From the NCBI GenBank assembly GCA_964035545.1, contig OZ037772.1, forward strand, positions 12,460,818 to 12,524,817: a stretch of 64,000 nucleotides of DNA, in the 5' to 3' direction. Origin of the DNA: Bugula neritina (lineage: Eukaryota; Animalia; Bryozoa). Every line of letters begins with the position of its first letter. Position 1 is the stretch's first letter. Below, in pieces: positions 10,401 to 39,003 of this stretch. A model generated the notes under the pieces. The model searched no databases and was not told where the DNA came from. It worked only from the letters and a program-made list of their open reading frames with translations. The position numbers were made by a program, and so were the translations under genes.

Positions 10401-12620
10401 ATATTCAGATATATACTGTAACACACTGTAATATACTGTAATACACTGTAATAGACTGATATATAGGCTACTGTGAAAAACTGTAATATACTGTAGTACA
10501 ATGTAATACATTGTAATATTATGTAAACCTGACAAGCGCAGAAATTCAGGCAAAGAAGCTTCCAGATAACACGCCTCACACAAACTATAGCCTAAGCTCC
10601 TTACAAACAAACAGGAAGTGTGGGCAGACAAACCTCATTATCCATGAGAAAGGCGCAGTCAGAGTGTTCGAGGGTAGCATGGGTCATAAGGACGGCATTG
10701 TATGGCTCCACAATGGTGGGTGATATTCGAGGGGAAGGGTAAATGGCAAACTACAATATTATATGTTTATAATATGGTATAGTATATATATAAGAGGAAA
10801 CATTTTAATTACTGCACTACTTGTATTAAAACAAAGCTCTAAACTCTTACTTTAAATATCACAAGGTATACATCTTCAATTATATATACTGGTATATAAT
10901 AATAAAATCATTAATACTACAAGAAACTTTGCTCTTTATAAATAGTGCTGGTGGTAAGAAGCTAGGAACATATTTGAAAGATTATAGTATAGCTTAATTT
11001 GTGCATCTAAAATTCCTGTATACTGTGGTACAAACTGTAGTATAACATGTATGCGGTAGTATAAATTGTAGTATACTGTAGTATACCGTAGTATAACATG
11101 TGTATTGTAGTATATGTATACTGTAGTATAACATGTAGCATACTGTAGTATAACATGTAGTATACTGTAGTATAACATGTAGTATACTGTAGTATAACAT
11201 GTAGCATACTGTAGTATAACATGTAGTATACTGTAGTATATTATGTATATACTGTAGTATAACATGTAGCATACTGTAGTATAACATGTATATACTGTAG
11301 TATAACATGTAGCATACTGTAGTATAACATGTGTACCTGCATCTTACACAGTTTGGGATAATCGTAGCTCATACGCTCCATGAGAAGAGAACAGAAGCCA
11401 GACCCAGTACCTCCACCAAATGAGTGGAAAACCAGAAAGCCCTGAAGTCCCGAACACTGCTCTACCTGTTGTATAATTCACTGTGTATATCATTCTTGCT
11501 ATTACGTGTCAACATAATTTAGTTCTGACGTACTAGTGCTCATGCAGACCAACAGGGGTCTTTCAAAAAGCTGGCATAAGCATTTCTTTAGGAAATTTTA
11601 GTATGTTTACATTTGATGATGATATATTCCAGTAAGAATTGACCAGAAGGGAGAAGTAACTCCTGGAAAAATTCTAAGTGGGAGAAAGCTCTATAACTCA
11701 TATACTTTTCAATCAACTATATAAAACATAATATTGTAGTTTCACTATTTGTATAGTTAATGGATACATGGTTACCATTGGCATATCAGCAGTCTACTTT
11801 AAGAGGATTGCCAAGTGTTGGTGGTAGAAGATTCTAATAATAAAATACTAGAAGATAATTTCTGAATGTTTGAGTAGAGAAGACAACTACCATATTTTAG
11901 AACATACTAACCAATTTTCTGATTCTGTCTAGCACCAAGTCAATGATCTCTCTACCAACTGTGTATTGACCTCTAGCGTAGTTGTTGGCTGCATCTTCTT
12001 TCCCGGATATCAACTGGTCCGGGTGGAAGAGACGACGATACGTACCAGTCCGAATCTCATCTGAAACAGGCCCATTGCTCTAAGGAAACAGTAACAGAAT
12101 GCTTACAGGTTGTTAAGGTAGGTGCTAGCTCTCTCTTACCAACCACCGTAGGCTCCAGGTCCACAATGGCAGCTCTGGGAACGTATTTACCGGCTACGGT
12201 CTCCTCAAAGAAGGTCTGGAAACTCTGACTTCTATCCAGGCCACCCGAATACTCCAGCCCATCTGGCAGTATACCTGTGAGATGTGAACAGAGGCCTGAG
12301 GTTATAGCTTACAGTAATACAGAGAGCATGCCTTCATAATAAGATTCACACCAGTAGTGCTAGCAAGTAGATGGGCCTTAGAAATTTCGTAAATATAATT
12401 ATTTTCTTTCACAATTAATTAAATTAATTTCATTAAATTAAAGTCAAATTAAATCAATTAAATTCAAGGCAAAATTTATCTAAACCTGCATCCAGTGTGA
12501 TAACTAATATAGTGTAGCTACATGTTATTTATTCTAACCATGTTCTAAGCAGTAGAGTTCCCAGCATGCATTTCCAATCTGACATCCTGCTTGTCCGAGG
12601 TGCACAGATATGACTTCCCG
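7450..12620 (-). CDS. TUBA: Divergent alpha-tubulin (~494 aa). Exons 12620-12539, 12274-12140, 12060-11912, 11465-11337, 10750-10634, 10279-10202, 9606-9451, 8797-8635, 8248-7965, 7638-7450; the ATG-only first exon is not pinned (candidates 13470-13472 or 12851-12853)
   Basis: Phase-consistent GT-AG exons give [82 protein letters not shown] and [38 protein letters not shown] on - at 7258-7263. Confidence 0.95.
7650..7950. repeat. Degenerate ~34-37 bp minisatellite filling the last tubulin intron
   Basis: Repeated tatagcacacaatag(t/g)agagaatagagtacatgc units. Confidence 0.8.
8805..9130. repeat. Degenerate gagtgacag(g/a)tg-core repeat next to a tubulin acceptor
   Basis: Recurring atatagtgagtgacaggtg / gagtggcagatg units. 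Confidence 0.7.
9175..9455 (-). repeat. 36-bp minisatellite (~8 copies) containing the tubulin exon donor junction
   Basis: Unit gactcacctgctaaaggtgtcatatatggtgtgtat; on - each copy reads AGCAG|GTGAGTCAT. The copy at 9446-9455 is the real donor. Confidence 0.95.
9613..9990. repeat. 35-bp minisatellite (~10 copies) abutting a tubulin acceptor
   Basis: Unit ataacaaggaagatggtgggatataataaggagat, pyrimidine-rich on the transcribed strand. Confidence 0.95.
11020..11332. repeat. ~22-bp minisatellite abutting a tubulin donor
   Basis: Unit atactgtagtataacatgtag(t/c). Confidence 0.9.
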
Positions 12621-13889
12621 CTATAAGAACAACCCATTTGTATTTGTAGAGTAACATGTATACCAACATTCATGTATTTGTAGAGTAACATGTATGCCAA
12701 CATACATGTATTTGTAGAACAACACATTTGTATTGGTAGAGTAACATATGTATACCAACATTCATGTATAAACATAGATGTGATAAGATAAACAATAGAC
12801 AAGAAACAATAGAAACAAGACTAATGATATAAAGATGCAATATTTGTAACCATTATAAGTGAGAGAAGTATATATAATATAGTAAATATAAAATAACCCA
12901 GAGTCATGAGCCCAGTATGTTGTAGTAGAAGTAGGAGTAGGAAGTAGAAGCAGTTATCAGTTTTCTCCTGAACTAAATGTCAAGTAAAAATTTAAAAACT
13001 AGCTTTTGGTGAGGAAAGAACTTTACATAAAGAGGGTATACCTAGCAGCAATTTCAACTGAAAATAATGGATACTGTAAAGCAGTAAACTGTAAAGCAGG
13101 ACATCAACTATCACATACTAGTTCAAATGGCAACCAAACTAACAATATTCTATTCTATTAATTGTGAAAGAACTGAGAGAGACTATCCTATACAGCAGCT
13201 AACCTGGAGTTATAAACAAACACCTATCTTGGTGCTTGGTTGGTTACTTGGTTTTAATAACCACTGATTGAATAACTCTTACAAAAACGCAAAATGTATA
13301 ACAAAACTACCTTTACTTCTTCAAGCTCCCTGCAGCCTTCTAAAATTCTCTGTATATGTATGTTCTAACTACTTTTACTTATGTAATTGTAGTATTTTAC
13401 TATTTTAAATTTCTTACATTCACATTATACCTGTTATTCTTTGTGAGAACTATATTGTATTATATTCACCATAATAAAACAAGGCACACTTCAAACATTA
13501 ACAGCTGGAATAAGCACAGTGTTAAAGACCTAATTCTTTAAAAAGCTGACAGTGATACCGATATTTCTGCTACAACAAGTATAAATAAACAAGTTATACG
13601 TATACCTATCACCTATAGTCATAGCAAATGTAAAACTAAAAATAAAAATTAATTATAGGGGCATTAGCAACCAACACTTAATACTAATATTAATACTAAT
13701 AGTCAAAAGTGTGAAATTTAAACTCAAACTGTAACTCAAACTGCAAGACAGAGAGGGGTTTGAACAATATTAATCGCTACATAACTAACAACAATGCAGG
13801 TTACACAATAACGCATGCTTTCAAGAATCTTACCGCCATTGAAAGAACTGAATTTAAAGTGAATAACTATACTTGTTTGCACAAATTTC

Positions 13890-14270
13890 AGCTTTTAATT
13901 CCAAGTGACGTGCATATCGGTCGTCGCGCTGCTCCATTATTGTAACATTTTTGTAGCAGACATGTTGACTCGCTACGAAAACCTATATGCATTCTGTGTT
14001 CCCTTTCCAAGGAGCGAATGTATTTAAAGCGACGCTAGATGCGGCGCAAAGTTTAGAGCCACAAAGTGCAAAGTTTGTTCATACATCGTTACCTCCTAAG
14101 CTTTCAAACCCAATCACAAACTCGGAACTTGTGCAACTATGTGCTGCATCAAGTGATTTTTGTTCGCTAGTCGTTAATTATTACAAACCTTGGCCTACTA
14201 CTTCCTTTTGCCATTGATATCGAGCTGTTCGCAGAAATTCCGACTTTTATATAAATCGATGTCTAAGGTT
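13890..14270. promoter_or_regulatory. CpG-enriched segment, possible shared promoter of the head-to-head tubulin (-) and RABGAP1 (+) genes
   Basis: Local CpG cluster (cggtcgtcgcgc, gcgacgc, gcggcgc) in CpG-poor DNA between two divergent genes. A candidate RABGAP1 5'UTR exon with AG/GT ends lies at ~15982-16031. Confidence 0.4.
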
Positions 14271-16345
14271 TTTTGCTAAATCTTAAAGTTTTACTTTTCA
14301 TCAACTGCTAATGTTCAAGTCTCAAGATTATCTTATCCTAAATCAGTAGACGGTATTCAAGATTAGTATTGGGTATTAATATTACTCTCACTAGTGCGGT
14401 AGTGGATGAAGAAATTATTGATTAAAATCTTCATAAATGTATTGAATTTGATGAACTAGATAATCTCCTAGAAGTAGAACAGACTCAACAGGAACTAACT
14501 CAAAGAGTTAAACTTAAAGTTGGGCTAGGTCACACTCAGTCACACAGTCAACACTCAATGTAAATGTCACTGGTCAGTAGTCGTGGTAGTAGTCGCAGAT
14601 ACTGATATCTTATCCTTACAGACTGAACCTCAATTACAATGTGAATATCACTATCTTTAAGTTTAAGTTTTAGTTCAAATTTAATGTTTCTCCATTTGCA
14701 TTTCTAATCGGTAATCCTAATCACCTATAGGCTATAAGTATAAGTATAACTGTATAAGTATAAGTTATAACTATTACTTTTATATTTACTATTACTATTA
14801 GTATTATATACAACTAATAACTACAAGTATACCTTATAAGCATTAATCTAAGTCTATATTATTAGTTCTAGTATGAAATGATCATATTTATATTGATTAT
14901 CAATATCATTATAATTTAATTTTATGACTATCATAATGAGTGTCGATGTTCACTGTTCAGAGCGAGAGTCAGAGTGTGAGTATTACAATCAGTATCACTA
15001 TGACTATAAGTAACACTTTGTGTTACTGTTACTGTTAGGTATCACATTGATTATCAGACTCAGTATTGCTATCACATCCACTGTGAGCATTGCTACCGTC
15101 TACGATAGGATTATAGTTGTGCATATCAACTCTGACTTGACTATGCCTAATTTATATTTGTTTTTATATTTGGTTGATATACAAACTAAATCAAAATTAA
15201 ACTGTTATTTTATTAAATTATAATTTATTTTCAAATTTATATATCCAATATTAGCCTTGCTACTTGTAGTCTAGTAGTAAATAAAATAAAAATGGTTATA
15301 GTTCTCATGAGGAGCAATCAGTAAAAGTTACCATACTACCATCATACTGCCGCTGTACCATCACGATACCACCATACATCACGCCGCCCCCATACTACCG
15401 CCATAATACCATCATATTACCACTATACCACCATCATATTACTACCGCATCATTACCATATCACCATCATGCATACTTTAAGGTTTCTTTGGTCTAATTT
15501 TTTTGCAACAAATTCAGTGCAGATTTACAAGCATTTTCTAATTTAGTAACTTTAACCACGAGTAGAAAGGTAAACATGTGTGTTTGAACTGACTATTATG
15601 TTAAGACTTTTTAGTGACACAATTTTAATTTAGTTCCAACCTATAGTAAATAAGATTGTTTATTAAAAAATAATAGAATTAAGCTAAACACTATTTAGTA
15701 TTTTTTGAAAATTTATAATATACAATTGCTATTATTACTTAAATAGCAAATATGTTATAGTCTGCTAACTGTTTTATATAAACAATAATAAGTATCAAGA
15801 ATCTATAAAATTATGTATAATTGTGATAAACAACCAAAGTGATAATTTCTGATGTGCAGTAGTAATAATTATTGTAAATTACAGACTACCAGCTGTGAAT
15901 ATTTCTCTGCTTAGCCATCAGTAATGATTGCCACTAATAGTTATTTCCTCTCATGTTATGTAATATTTTGTTTATTTTCAGGCTTACTGATGCAACAGTT
16001 AATTTATGAAGGACAGATAAAATAAGCACAGGTAATTTCAACAGTTTTGTTTTCCGCTCATTGGCTGATATTTTAGATAAACAACAAGCATTAAATATCA
16101 CTGTCTCAGGGATTGTATAGTTTTTATTTATTTCTGTTAGCCAGTTATTACATGTGAAATGAGAACGAGTTTAATTTAATAATGCGCTCTCAGTTGATAG
16201 TGTGTGCTCTTATATTTTCCTCTTTCTAAATTTATGAAATTACTTTCAAATTAAAATTGTGCCAATACCAGAAGTTGTCTTTCCACTACTCACTTTATTG
16301 TATAGTAATAACTGTGTAATAATATTTGTTTCTATTTAGCGTCAA

Positions 16346-16743
16346 GCCTAGGGCCACACTGTGCGTATTTTCGCATGCGAAAATTTAAACCACAAGTAGA
16401 AAAGGTGTCCACTGTAGCGTCAGTGAAATCGAAACACTACTAGCTAATAATATTTACGTTAAACTTCACTGCTCGCCTTGTTGCTATAGCTACACTTGCG
16501 GAATAAATTAAGTTTTCATTTTTAAATCCCACTCGCTTTCAATAAAACGCAATTTGTTGGAATGTAGCATTAAATTCAGAAAAGTGGGCTCATTAAATAA
16601 CTACTAGCCAATTAGGTGACGACGAAGACGATTTGAACTTGCGTTCAGAATGCTGAGCGACAAGTGCGAATATACGGTGGACGCCTTTTCCACTTGTGGT
16701 TTAAATTTTCGCATGCGAAAATACGCACAGTGTGGCCCTAGGC
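16346..16743. mobile_element. MITE (~400 bp) with ~70-bp terminal inverted repeats
   Basis: gcctagggccacactgtgcgtattttcgcatgcgaaaatttaaaccacaag... at 16346-16416 is mirrored at 16673-16743. No ORF. TSD ambiguous (TA if the element is 16351-16738). Confidence 0.9.
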
Positions 16744-17004
16744 ATAGTTCAAATAAATAAAATATAGTACTTAGTATCTTGCAGCAGGTGCACCAAGGTG
16801 ATGGCAGCTCAACCATTTCAACCCTGCTTTGCCTATTAGAATGACCTATTACTTGAACTACTAGTTCCATACTAGCCTAGTGGTATATCAGGTCAATTTG
16901 ATTACAGCAGTTAGCAAGTTGTATTTATTTTAAGCAGAAAGTTTCAACTTGTAAAGTATTACTCTTGCTGATAGCCTTTCTCCAACAGGTAACTCTGCAC
17001 ATAA

Positions 17005-33026
<16,022 letters not shown>

Positions 33027-34678
33027 GATTTCTATCTGCATGTCGGAGTTGTCTTTCTTTGTGACATCCTTGTGAGGACTGGAAGCTGCTGACTATCCTC
33101 TGCTCATGCAGACTGATTGGACGAAATGGCTGCCTGGGAGATGAGATTCACTCAGCATAATCATCTTCATATTATTTACAGTAGTTGAATATCCTGACTC
33201 TATTTATTTATGTTGCATTTAGTACGGTCAAGTACTCTTGCCTGCTTTGGCCAAAGTTTATACCATGAACTCTGTTACTTTAGGGTGGCTCAGCTACCAC
33301 CCAACCGCTGTTTGTTAGATGCCCCATCAGTTCACAGCTATGTATATTGTGTTGTCACATTCAGTTCTATTCATATCTATCTCTATTTACAGCTCTTAGG
33401 TGTGTTTTAGAGTCGCTAAATTGTAAATAATAATTCTCGTATTTTTTATATTATCGTAAATGAATATTGTTCAATTTTTTAAATATATATTATATTGCCT
33501 ATGGATAATTTTACCTAATAATTTATTACCCACTATATCTCTCTAGCTTTTAGCTATTTTTTACAGTTTAACCACTAAGTATATATAGTTTAGAGTATAT
33601 ATAGTTCCTTGCAATAAACTGCTAGAATGTTGACAAATGCAGCTGAATAAGCAATGCTTTTTCTCATTTTGCTCGATTGTCTATGTTTTTCCTAATATTT
33701 TAGTAATGTTGGTGTTATGCCTTTTTAAACTAGAAAAAAATATCTAAAAACTAAAGTGATATAGTGTTTGTTAAACTGAGTAAAATGGCCCGCATTTAAT
33801 TTTCCTCTTGATTTATTTACAGTAATAAAAATATAATATTACATATAAACTGCTCTTTGCTCACCTCAGCCTCAGCTCCACTCTACCAACTATGTAGTTG
33901 CTATTCTCACAGGAAACACCAACTATGTTTAGTTTAATTCCATAAGTTCAAGGTTATGTGTCGGACAGGAACTCACACTATTCATGAGATACTCAACTAG
34001 TGACCTCTTGTGACTTTCTGCTTGCAAGCCAACACTTTGTTGATATAATGGAGGAATTTTACTCACGAAATTGATCAAGAACATAAAAATAAGATAATTA
34101 TATAATGTAGCATATATATAACACAGAATATACATTATTATATTCATAGAATTTATATTATATATTGGCAAGTCTTTTCAAAGACTATCAAGTAATGCCC
34201 TCCACCTTTTAGATTCATCTGTGGTGAAAGTGCTACTTCAGCATGTATGAGTTAGGAGTGACTATTCCCCTAGCAGCTTTTGAAAATGTAGCAAGCATAT
34301 TTTACGTAAGTAGAGTCAAAGTCAATATGATAGGAAAGCTTTATAGCAAAAAACATGTATGTGTGTGACATATACTACAACTACATACAATGCTTTAGCT
34401 ATGTGTGCTGGTAGTTCACATAAACATTAATTTTGTAATTTTAATTCTTCATTTAAATATGCAAGGGTTTACAAGGTCAACCATTTCTGCTAATTATTCA
34501 GTTTTCTAATCAACTTATACTATATTTGATATTGAAAATGTAACTATTTAGGTTAAAAATTCTTATTCTTATCTTATATTTATTGCTTTTATTACTTGTG
34601 GAACCACTGTTTTAGTTAAAATTATATATCTATAGTGTGTATAACATAAACAATTATTTCAGACTCGCGGTCAATTAA

Positions 34679-34876
34679 TTTTAGGAGTCATCTCCCATGA
34701 ATAAACTTTTCTACTTAAACACACTTTTTTATTTGATGCAAAGTTTTTTATATGAATTTTTAATAATGGTTTTTTTTTATATTATATTATAAATGTTTTG
34801 TTCTAAATTTTTATGTTAAGATGCAATATTTAGTTTTCAAAATATTAATAACACTCACTTTAAAGCAAACCTAAAA
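34679..34876 (+). promoter_or_regulatory. Putative snRNA-type promoter module (distal SPH-like motif plus proximal block); homologous modules at 36190-36389, 36789-36986, 37648-37845, 38173-38371 and 38794-38992
   Basis: Distal TTTAG(G/T)AGTT(A/G)TCTCCCATG with TCTCC at 34691, 36201, 36801, 37660, 38185, 38806. Proximal TTTTAGC..ATAAA...AT(A/G)ACACAT...TAT.TAAACCTAAAA with its ACAC 160, 163, 160, 160, 161, 161 bp downstream. The repeated motifs are observed; promoter function is inferred. Confidence 0.55.
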
Positions 34877-34889
34877 TTATAAATTTCTT

Positions 34890-35074
34890 GTACGCATTCA
34901 ATCGGTACCAGTTTTGCCAATGAATTACATATTTAAATATTTCAAAATATTTTTTCCGGGGCTACGAATAGCTCCAATACGCCGGTACGATAACACGCCT
35001 CACCCCCCTAAATGAGTCTAGAGACGTGGTACCAGGGCTTTGCTCTAGGACTGTTGCTAGAAGCAGTGTAGAGT
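34890..35074 (+). ncRNA. Putative structured small RNA, cassette A
   Basis: U-tract, then GGGGCTA-cgaa-TAGCTCC (34958-34975), bulged stem GGTAC/CACGCCTC...GAGACGTG/GTACC (34984-35033), and GCTCTA..ACTGTT/AGCAGT..TAGAGT (35042-35074). Ends are estimates. Confidence 0.5.
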
Positions 35075-36402
35075 AAGGTTGAAATGAAAATAAGGCATCA
35101 GTAAAATTTGCAATTTTAATATAGCTGTAGATTTTATGGCTATAATTTCAGAGCTGATGGAGTATATAAGATCACAAATTATAAACAACTGGTTTTGAAG
35201 TTTCTTACTGACTTTAATGCCCAATTTCCAAATATTCAATTGACAGGTGGCTACTTCAGCCGCCAGTAAGATGTGTTGACAGTTAACTGGATACAATGTA
35301 TTATACTTATCATATACACATTGGCACAAAGTAATTCATTGTATACATAATATTATACATAGTGAATAAAATATATAATGTAGAGTCTAGACTCTAGAGT
35401 CTGACTTAGTACCATAGCATCTTTTCTGTCACACAGATTACATATGTCATATGACAATACATATAGTTTTTTATACGACTATATATAGTTTTATATATGA
35501 CTATATAAAGGTCTCTTGACAGGTCTATGTATAGATAAATATCCCTTGTAGGTATAGCTATACTATATTGTCTATTAAACATTTGAGCCTTCCTTAATGT
35601 CAGGCAATGCATTATATTTGCACTTCACCGATCAGAACTCTGTGCTGTCAAATACTAAGATGTACGTCTACATGGATATATATATTTGTAAATTCCCACT
35701 ACTGCTCATATTTGTGGAGTTGTCATACTTGAAGTATACTCACTTACTTGGGACTGGGTACTCATTGAAATATTATGTTGTATTCTTTTTCAAGTTTTTG
35801 CTTTCGTTTTATGCTAATCATTTAAAGCACTAATATATGAACATGAAGATCACAAACATTTTGTGTAAATTGAAGCTTTGATTTCAATAAATTCAGTAAA
35901 TTTACCATTTCTTGTTGAAGTTTTACTTTTTAATAGAATTACTGTATTTCTCTACAGAGTATGTTTCGAATTCTTAAGAATCAATACCCAACAGTTACTG
36001 CAGGCTGCCTGCATCTTTTGTAGAATGTTATATAAAAAGACATCCAAAATTTGTGGTTTTTACTATAATTCATATATGTGTGTGCAAAGTAACTTTGCTT
36101 GTTATGCCTTAAAGAGCCATGTAAATTCAGCCCTGGTATAGACTAAAGAGTATAAACAGTTCTGTTGCATGGACTCACAGTTGAGTGTCTTTAGTAGTTA
36201 TCTCCTATGAATAAATTATTTTATGAAAACCTATAACTTATTTTAAAATGCATGTATAACATTTCAGGTTGTTTAAAATTATTAATAGCGTAATCTATCA
36301 AAGTTTTATTTTAGCTAATAAATATTATTGTAACTGTGTTTTGTAGCCAATAAAGTATAAATAACACCTAGTAATACGTAAACTTAAAACTAATACTGAC
36401 CA

Positions 36403-36572
36403 GCTACAAGCATGGTATAATCCTCTTGCCACTGGAAAAATGTTATATTTATAGTATCTGGAATATGCTGTATTCAGCCAGCTCAATGAGTAAATTGCTA
36501 ATACCCCGCAAGCAAATGATTACGCCGCAGGTTGCAAGGTATGTGTTAGATGCGTTATGCAACTTATTTGCT
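36403..36572 (+). ncRNA. Putative structured small RNA, cassette B
   Basis: TATCTGGA, then GCTG-tatt-CAGC (36467-36478), then bulged stem AGCAAAT/AGGTTGCA...TGCAACTT/ATTTGCT (36511-36572). Confidence 0.45.
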
Positions 36573-37002
36573 AGGAAAGTGTTCCAAAGTAAATCTACAT
36601 GCCTAATTTTTCATTTCAAGTTACAATATTAGGATTAAAAGTCAAACATCGTGGGACTTATTTCAGTTTTTTCAAATAAATTTACTATTATCTTTGAAGG
36701 TTTTATGTTTTTAGCTATTACCACTTTTGTTTTGGTTTTGTTTAACATTATAATTACACCCTTAGTAATAGAATCTCGAGTATCCCAGTTTTAGTAGTTG
36801 TCTCCCATGGGTCAAATATTTAACAAAACCGTCAAATTATTTTAATGCAAATAATATGTGTAGTATTTTAAACAATTCAAATATTTTTAATAGCAAAGTT
36901 TAAAAGTTTACTTCAGTATTTGTTTTCTATAATTATAATTTCAGTAATAAAATATAAGTGACACATGTTATTATGTGAACCTACAACTTATAGAAATTAA
37001 TT

Positions 37003-37175
37003 GCAACGGACTCGATAAATCACAATGCTAAACATTGCTAATATAGGCGTAGAGTCTACACTACCTAATACTATTTGGAGCGGACTGTGTCAGTCTGTAA
37101 ATTACAGTGAAGCTAAATTTGCTAATCCCACACTATAATGCATAAAGTATAGGCTACAATTGGAAGCATTTACAG
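37003..37175 (+). ncRNA. Putative structured small RNA, cassette C
   Basis: TAGG.GTAG/CTAC..CCTA hairpin, TATTTGGAG, CGGACTG-tgt-CAGTCTG (37081-37097), then CTGTAAAT...ATTTACAG enclosing CTATA/TATAG. Confidence 0.5.
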
Positions 37176-37848
37176 GTTTATTGCATTCTTCTTATGTAAT
37201 ATATATTAGTATTATTTAGATGATGGATATATGTGCTGTTGAACATTTTGTGAACTTCTATTTTATTGTTTCTTTTATTAAACTATTTTACTAGAAAGAG
37301 AATAAGAAATTTTCGGATATAGTTATGAAATGCTCTATAGCTAGTTAAAATACAACAAGCTTGTAATTTACTACAATTCAGTAAACTTGATGCTACATGT
37401 TTGGGCTGTAAACATGTTTAAGTTATGTTTATTGTTCTTATTGATTTGCAATCTCATCTCTTAGAATTATAGAGTAGTGACTAGTATCCTTATTTTGGGC
37501 TAGCCGTTAATCAGTTTAGTAGGTATTTCTTATTAATAAAGTTATATATTATCTATAGTATAGGTATATAACTTGAAACAAACGCAATACTAGAGGTCCT
37601 ATACCATTTGACTTTGAGCATCATTATTTCCGATCAATGGTAGCCAATTCTAGAAGTTATCTCCCATGACTAAATAATTCAGTGAAAACTTCTGAGTAAT
37701 TTACCCCGAAATGCATGTGTAACTTTAAAGCTATTTAAATATGTTTAACTGCAGACTTTAAAATTTATTCTAATTGTTGAAGTCTGTAACTATAGTTTTT
37801 AGCCACGAAAAGATAAATGACACATAATATTATATAAACCTAAAATAA

Positions 37849-38005
37849 ATAATTTACAGACATGGACAGAGTTGGTTCACTGTAAATTATATTGAGATAG
37901 AGAATGTTATATTGGAACATTTTTTGGAGTGAGCTGGTGTCAGCTCTCGTAACCAAGCTAAGACATGCATGTGCACACTGTATACACGGTATATGTAAAT
38001 GAGAG
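37849..38005 (+). ncRNA. Putative structured small RNA, cassette D
   Basis: ATAATTTACAG/CTGTAAATTAT inverted repeat, Sm-consensus-like ATTTTTTGGAG, GAGCTG-gtgt-CAGCTC (37931-37946), then G.U-rich stem CTCTCGT/GCATGTGC...GTATATGT/ATGAGAG. Confidence 0.55.
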
Positions 38006-38384
38006 TTCTCTACTAAATCTATGTTCAGTAATTAGTTAAAATTATCAAACTGGTTTTTGCAAATAAGCGCATGGGGTGTATATGTTGTAGCTTTTATATT
38101 ACGTAATACTTGTTATTTCATCTGTATTAAACTTGAAACAGAGAAACAAAAAAGCTAATAGCCATTAAATAGTTTTAGTAGTTATCTCCCATGAACAAAA
38201 TATTTTGTCAAAAACCCATCTATAATCGTATGGGAAATGTGTATATATTTTTGAAACTGTTTAAATTTGTAAGAGCAACTAGTAACATCTTTTCATAATT
38301 ATAAATTTTATATATTCACTATGTTTTAGCTGATAAATATACATAACACATATTATTATTTAAAACTAAAAATGTAAATATGAT

Positions 38385-38523
38385 GCAACATGAGCGTTTC
38401 AATCATGTAAACGTTGAATCCAACCTTTTTTGACAACATATCTTAATATTATTTGGAATGGGCTGGCCACAGCCCATGTTGTGATGACATTAGTAATTCA
38501 GAGGTGTTAGCAAATGTTGCAAT
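38385..38523 (+). ncRNA. Putative structured small RNA, cassette E
   Basis: ATTATTTGGA, ATGGGCTG-gcca-CAGCCCAT (38458-38477), then G.U-rich stem GTTGTGAT/GACATT...GGTGTT/GTTGCAAT. Confidence 0.55.
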
Positions 38524-39003
38524 ACATATAGAAATTTAAAAATCTATAAATGCCTCACATGTATTTAGTAAGTGCCCCATAGAGAATGGAATATCAGCAG
38601 CAGTATTACGATCTTAATATTTGTTATAATAATAATGTATGAATATATATATAAAGTAATTGGAGAATTCGCCATTCCAACATAATATGCACATAGCTTT
38701 TATATTACGTAATACTTGTGATTTCATCTATATTAAACTGAAATTAAACATGCAGCAAGAGAGAAATAAAAAGGGCCAGTAGCCATTAAATAGTTTTAGG
38801 AGTTATCTCCCATTAACAACATATTTTGTTAAAAATCTGTATATTATCATATGTGAAATGGATATATAATTTTTAAATTGTTTAAATTTGTAAACATAAC
38901 TAACAAAATCTTTTCGCAGTTGTAAATTATATATTTTTAATATCTTTTAGCCGATAAATATACATAACACATATTATTATTTAAAACTAAAACATTATTG
39001 ATA

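Noticed and set aside
9179-11308. Repetitive ORFs in tubulin introns ([34 protein letters not shown] types)
   Set aside because: Translations of minisatellites, open in several frames and on both strands; only 9451-9606 is a real exon.
11640-11700. Isolated GAGTT..TCTCCC-like motifs here (minus strand) and near 23742, 27002, 34251, 37516 and 42240
   Set aside because: No proximal block at ~+160 and no structured segment follows. This shows the distal motif alone is common and not diagnostic, so these were not called as cassettes.
35008-35030. ctaaatgagtctagagacg as a hammerhead ribozyme core
   Set aside because: Lacks the exact CUGANGA and GAAA core motifs.
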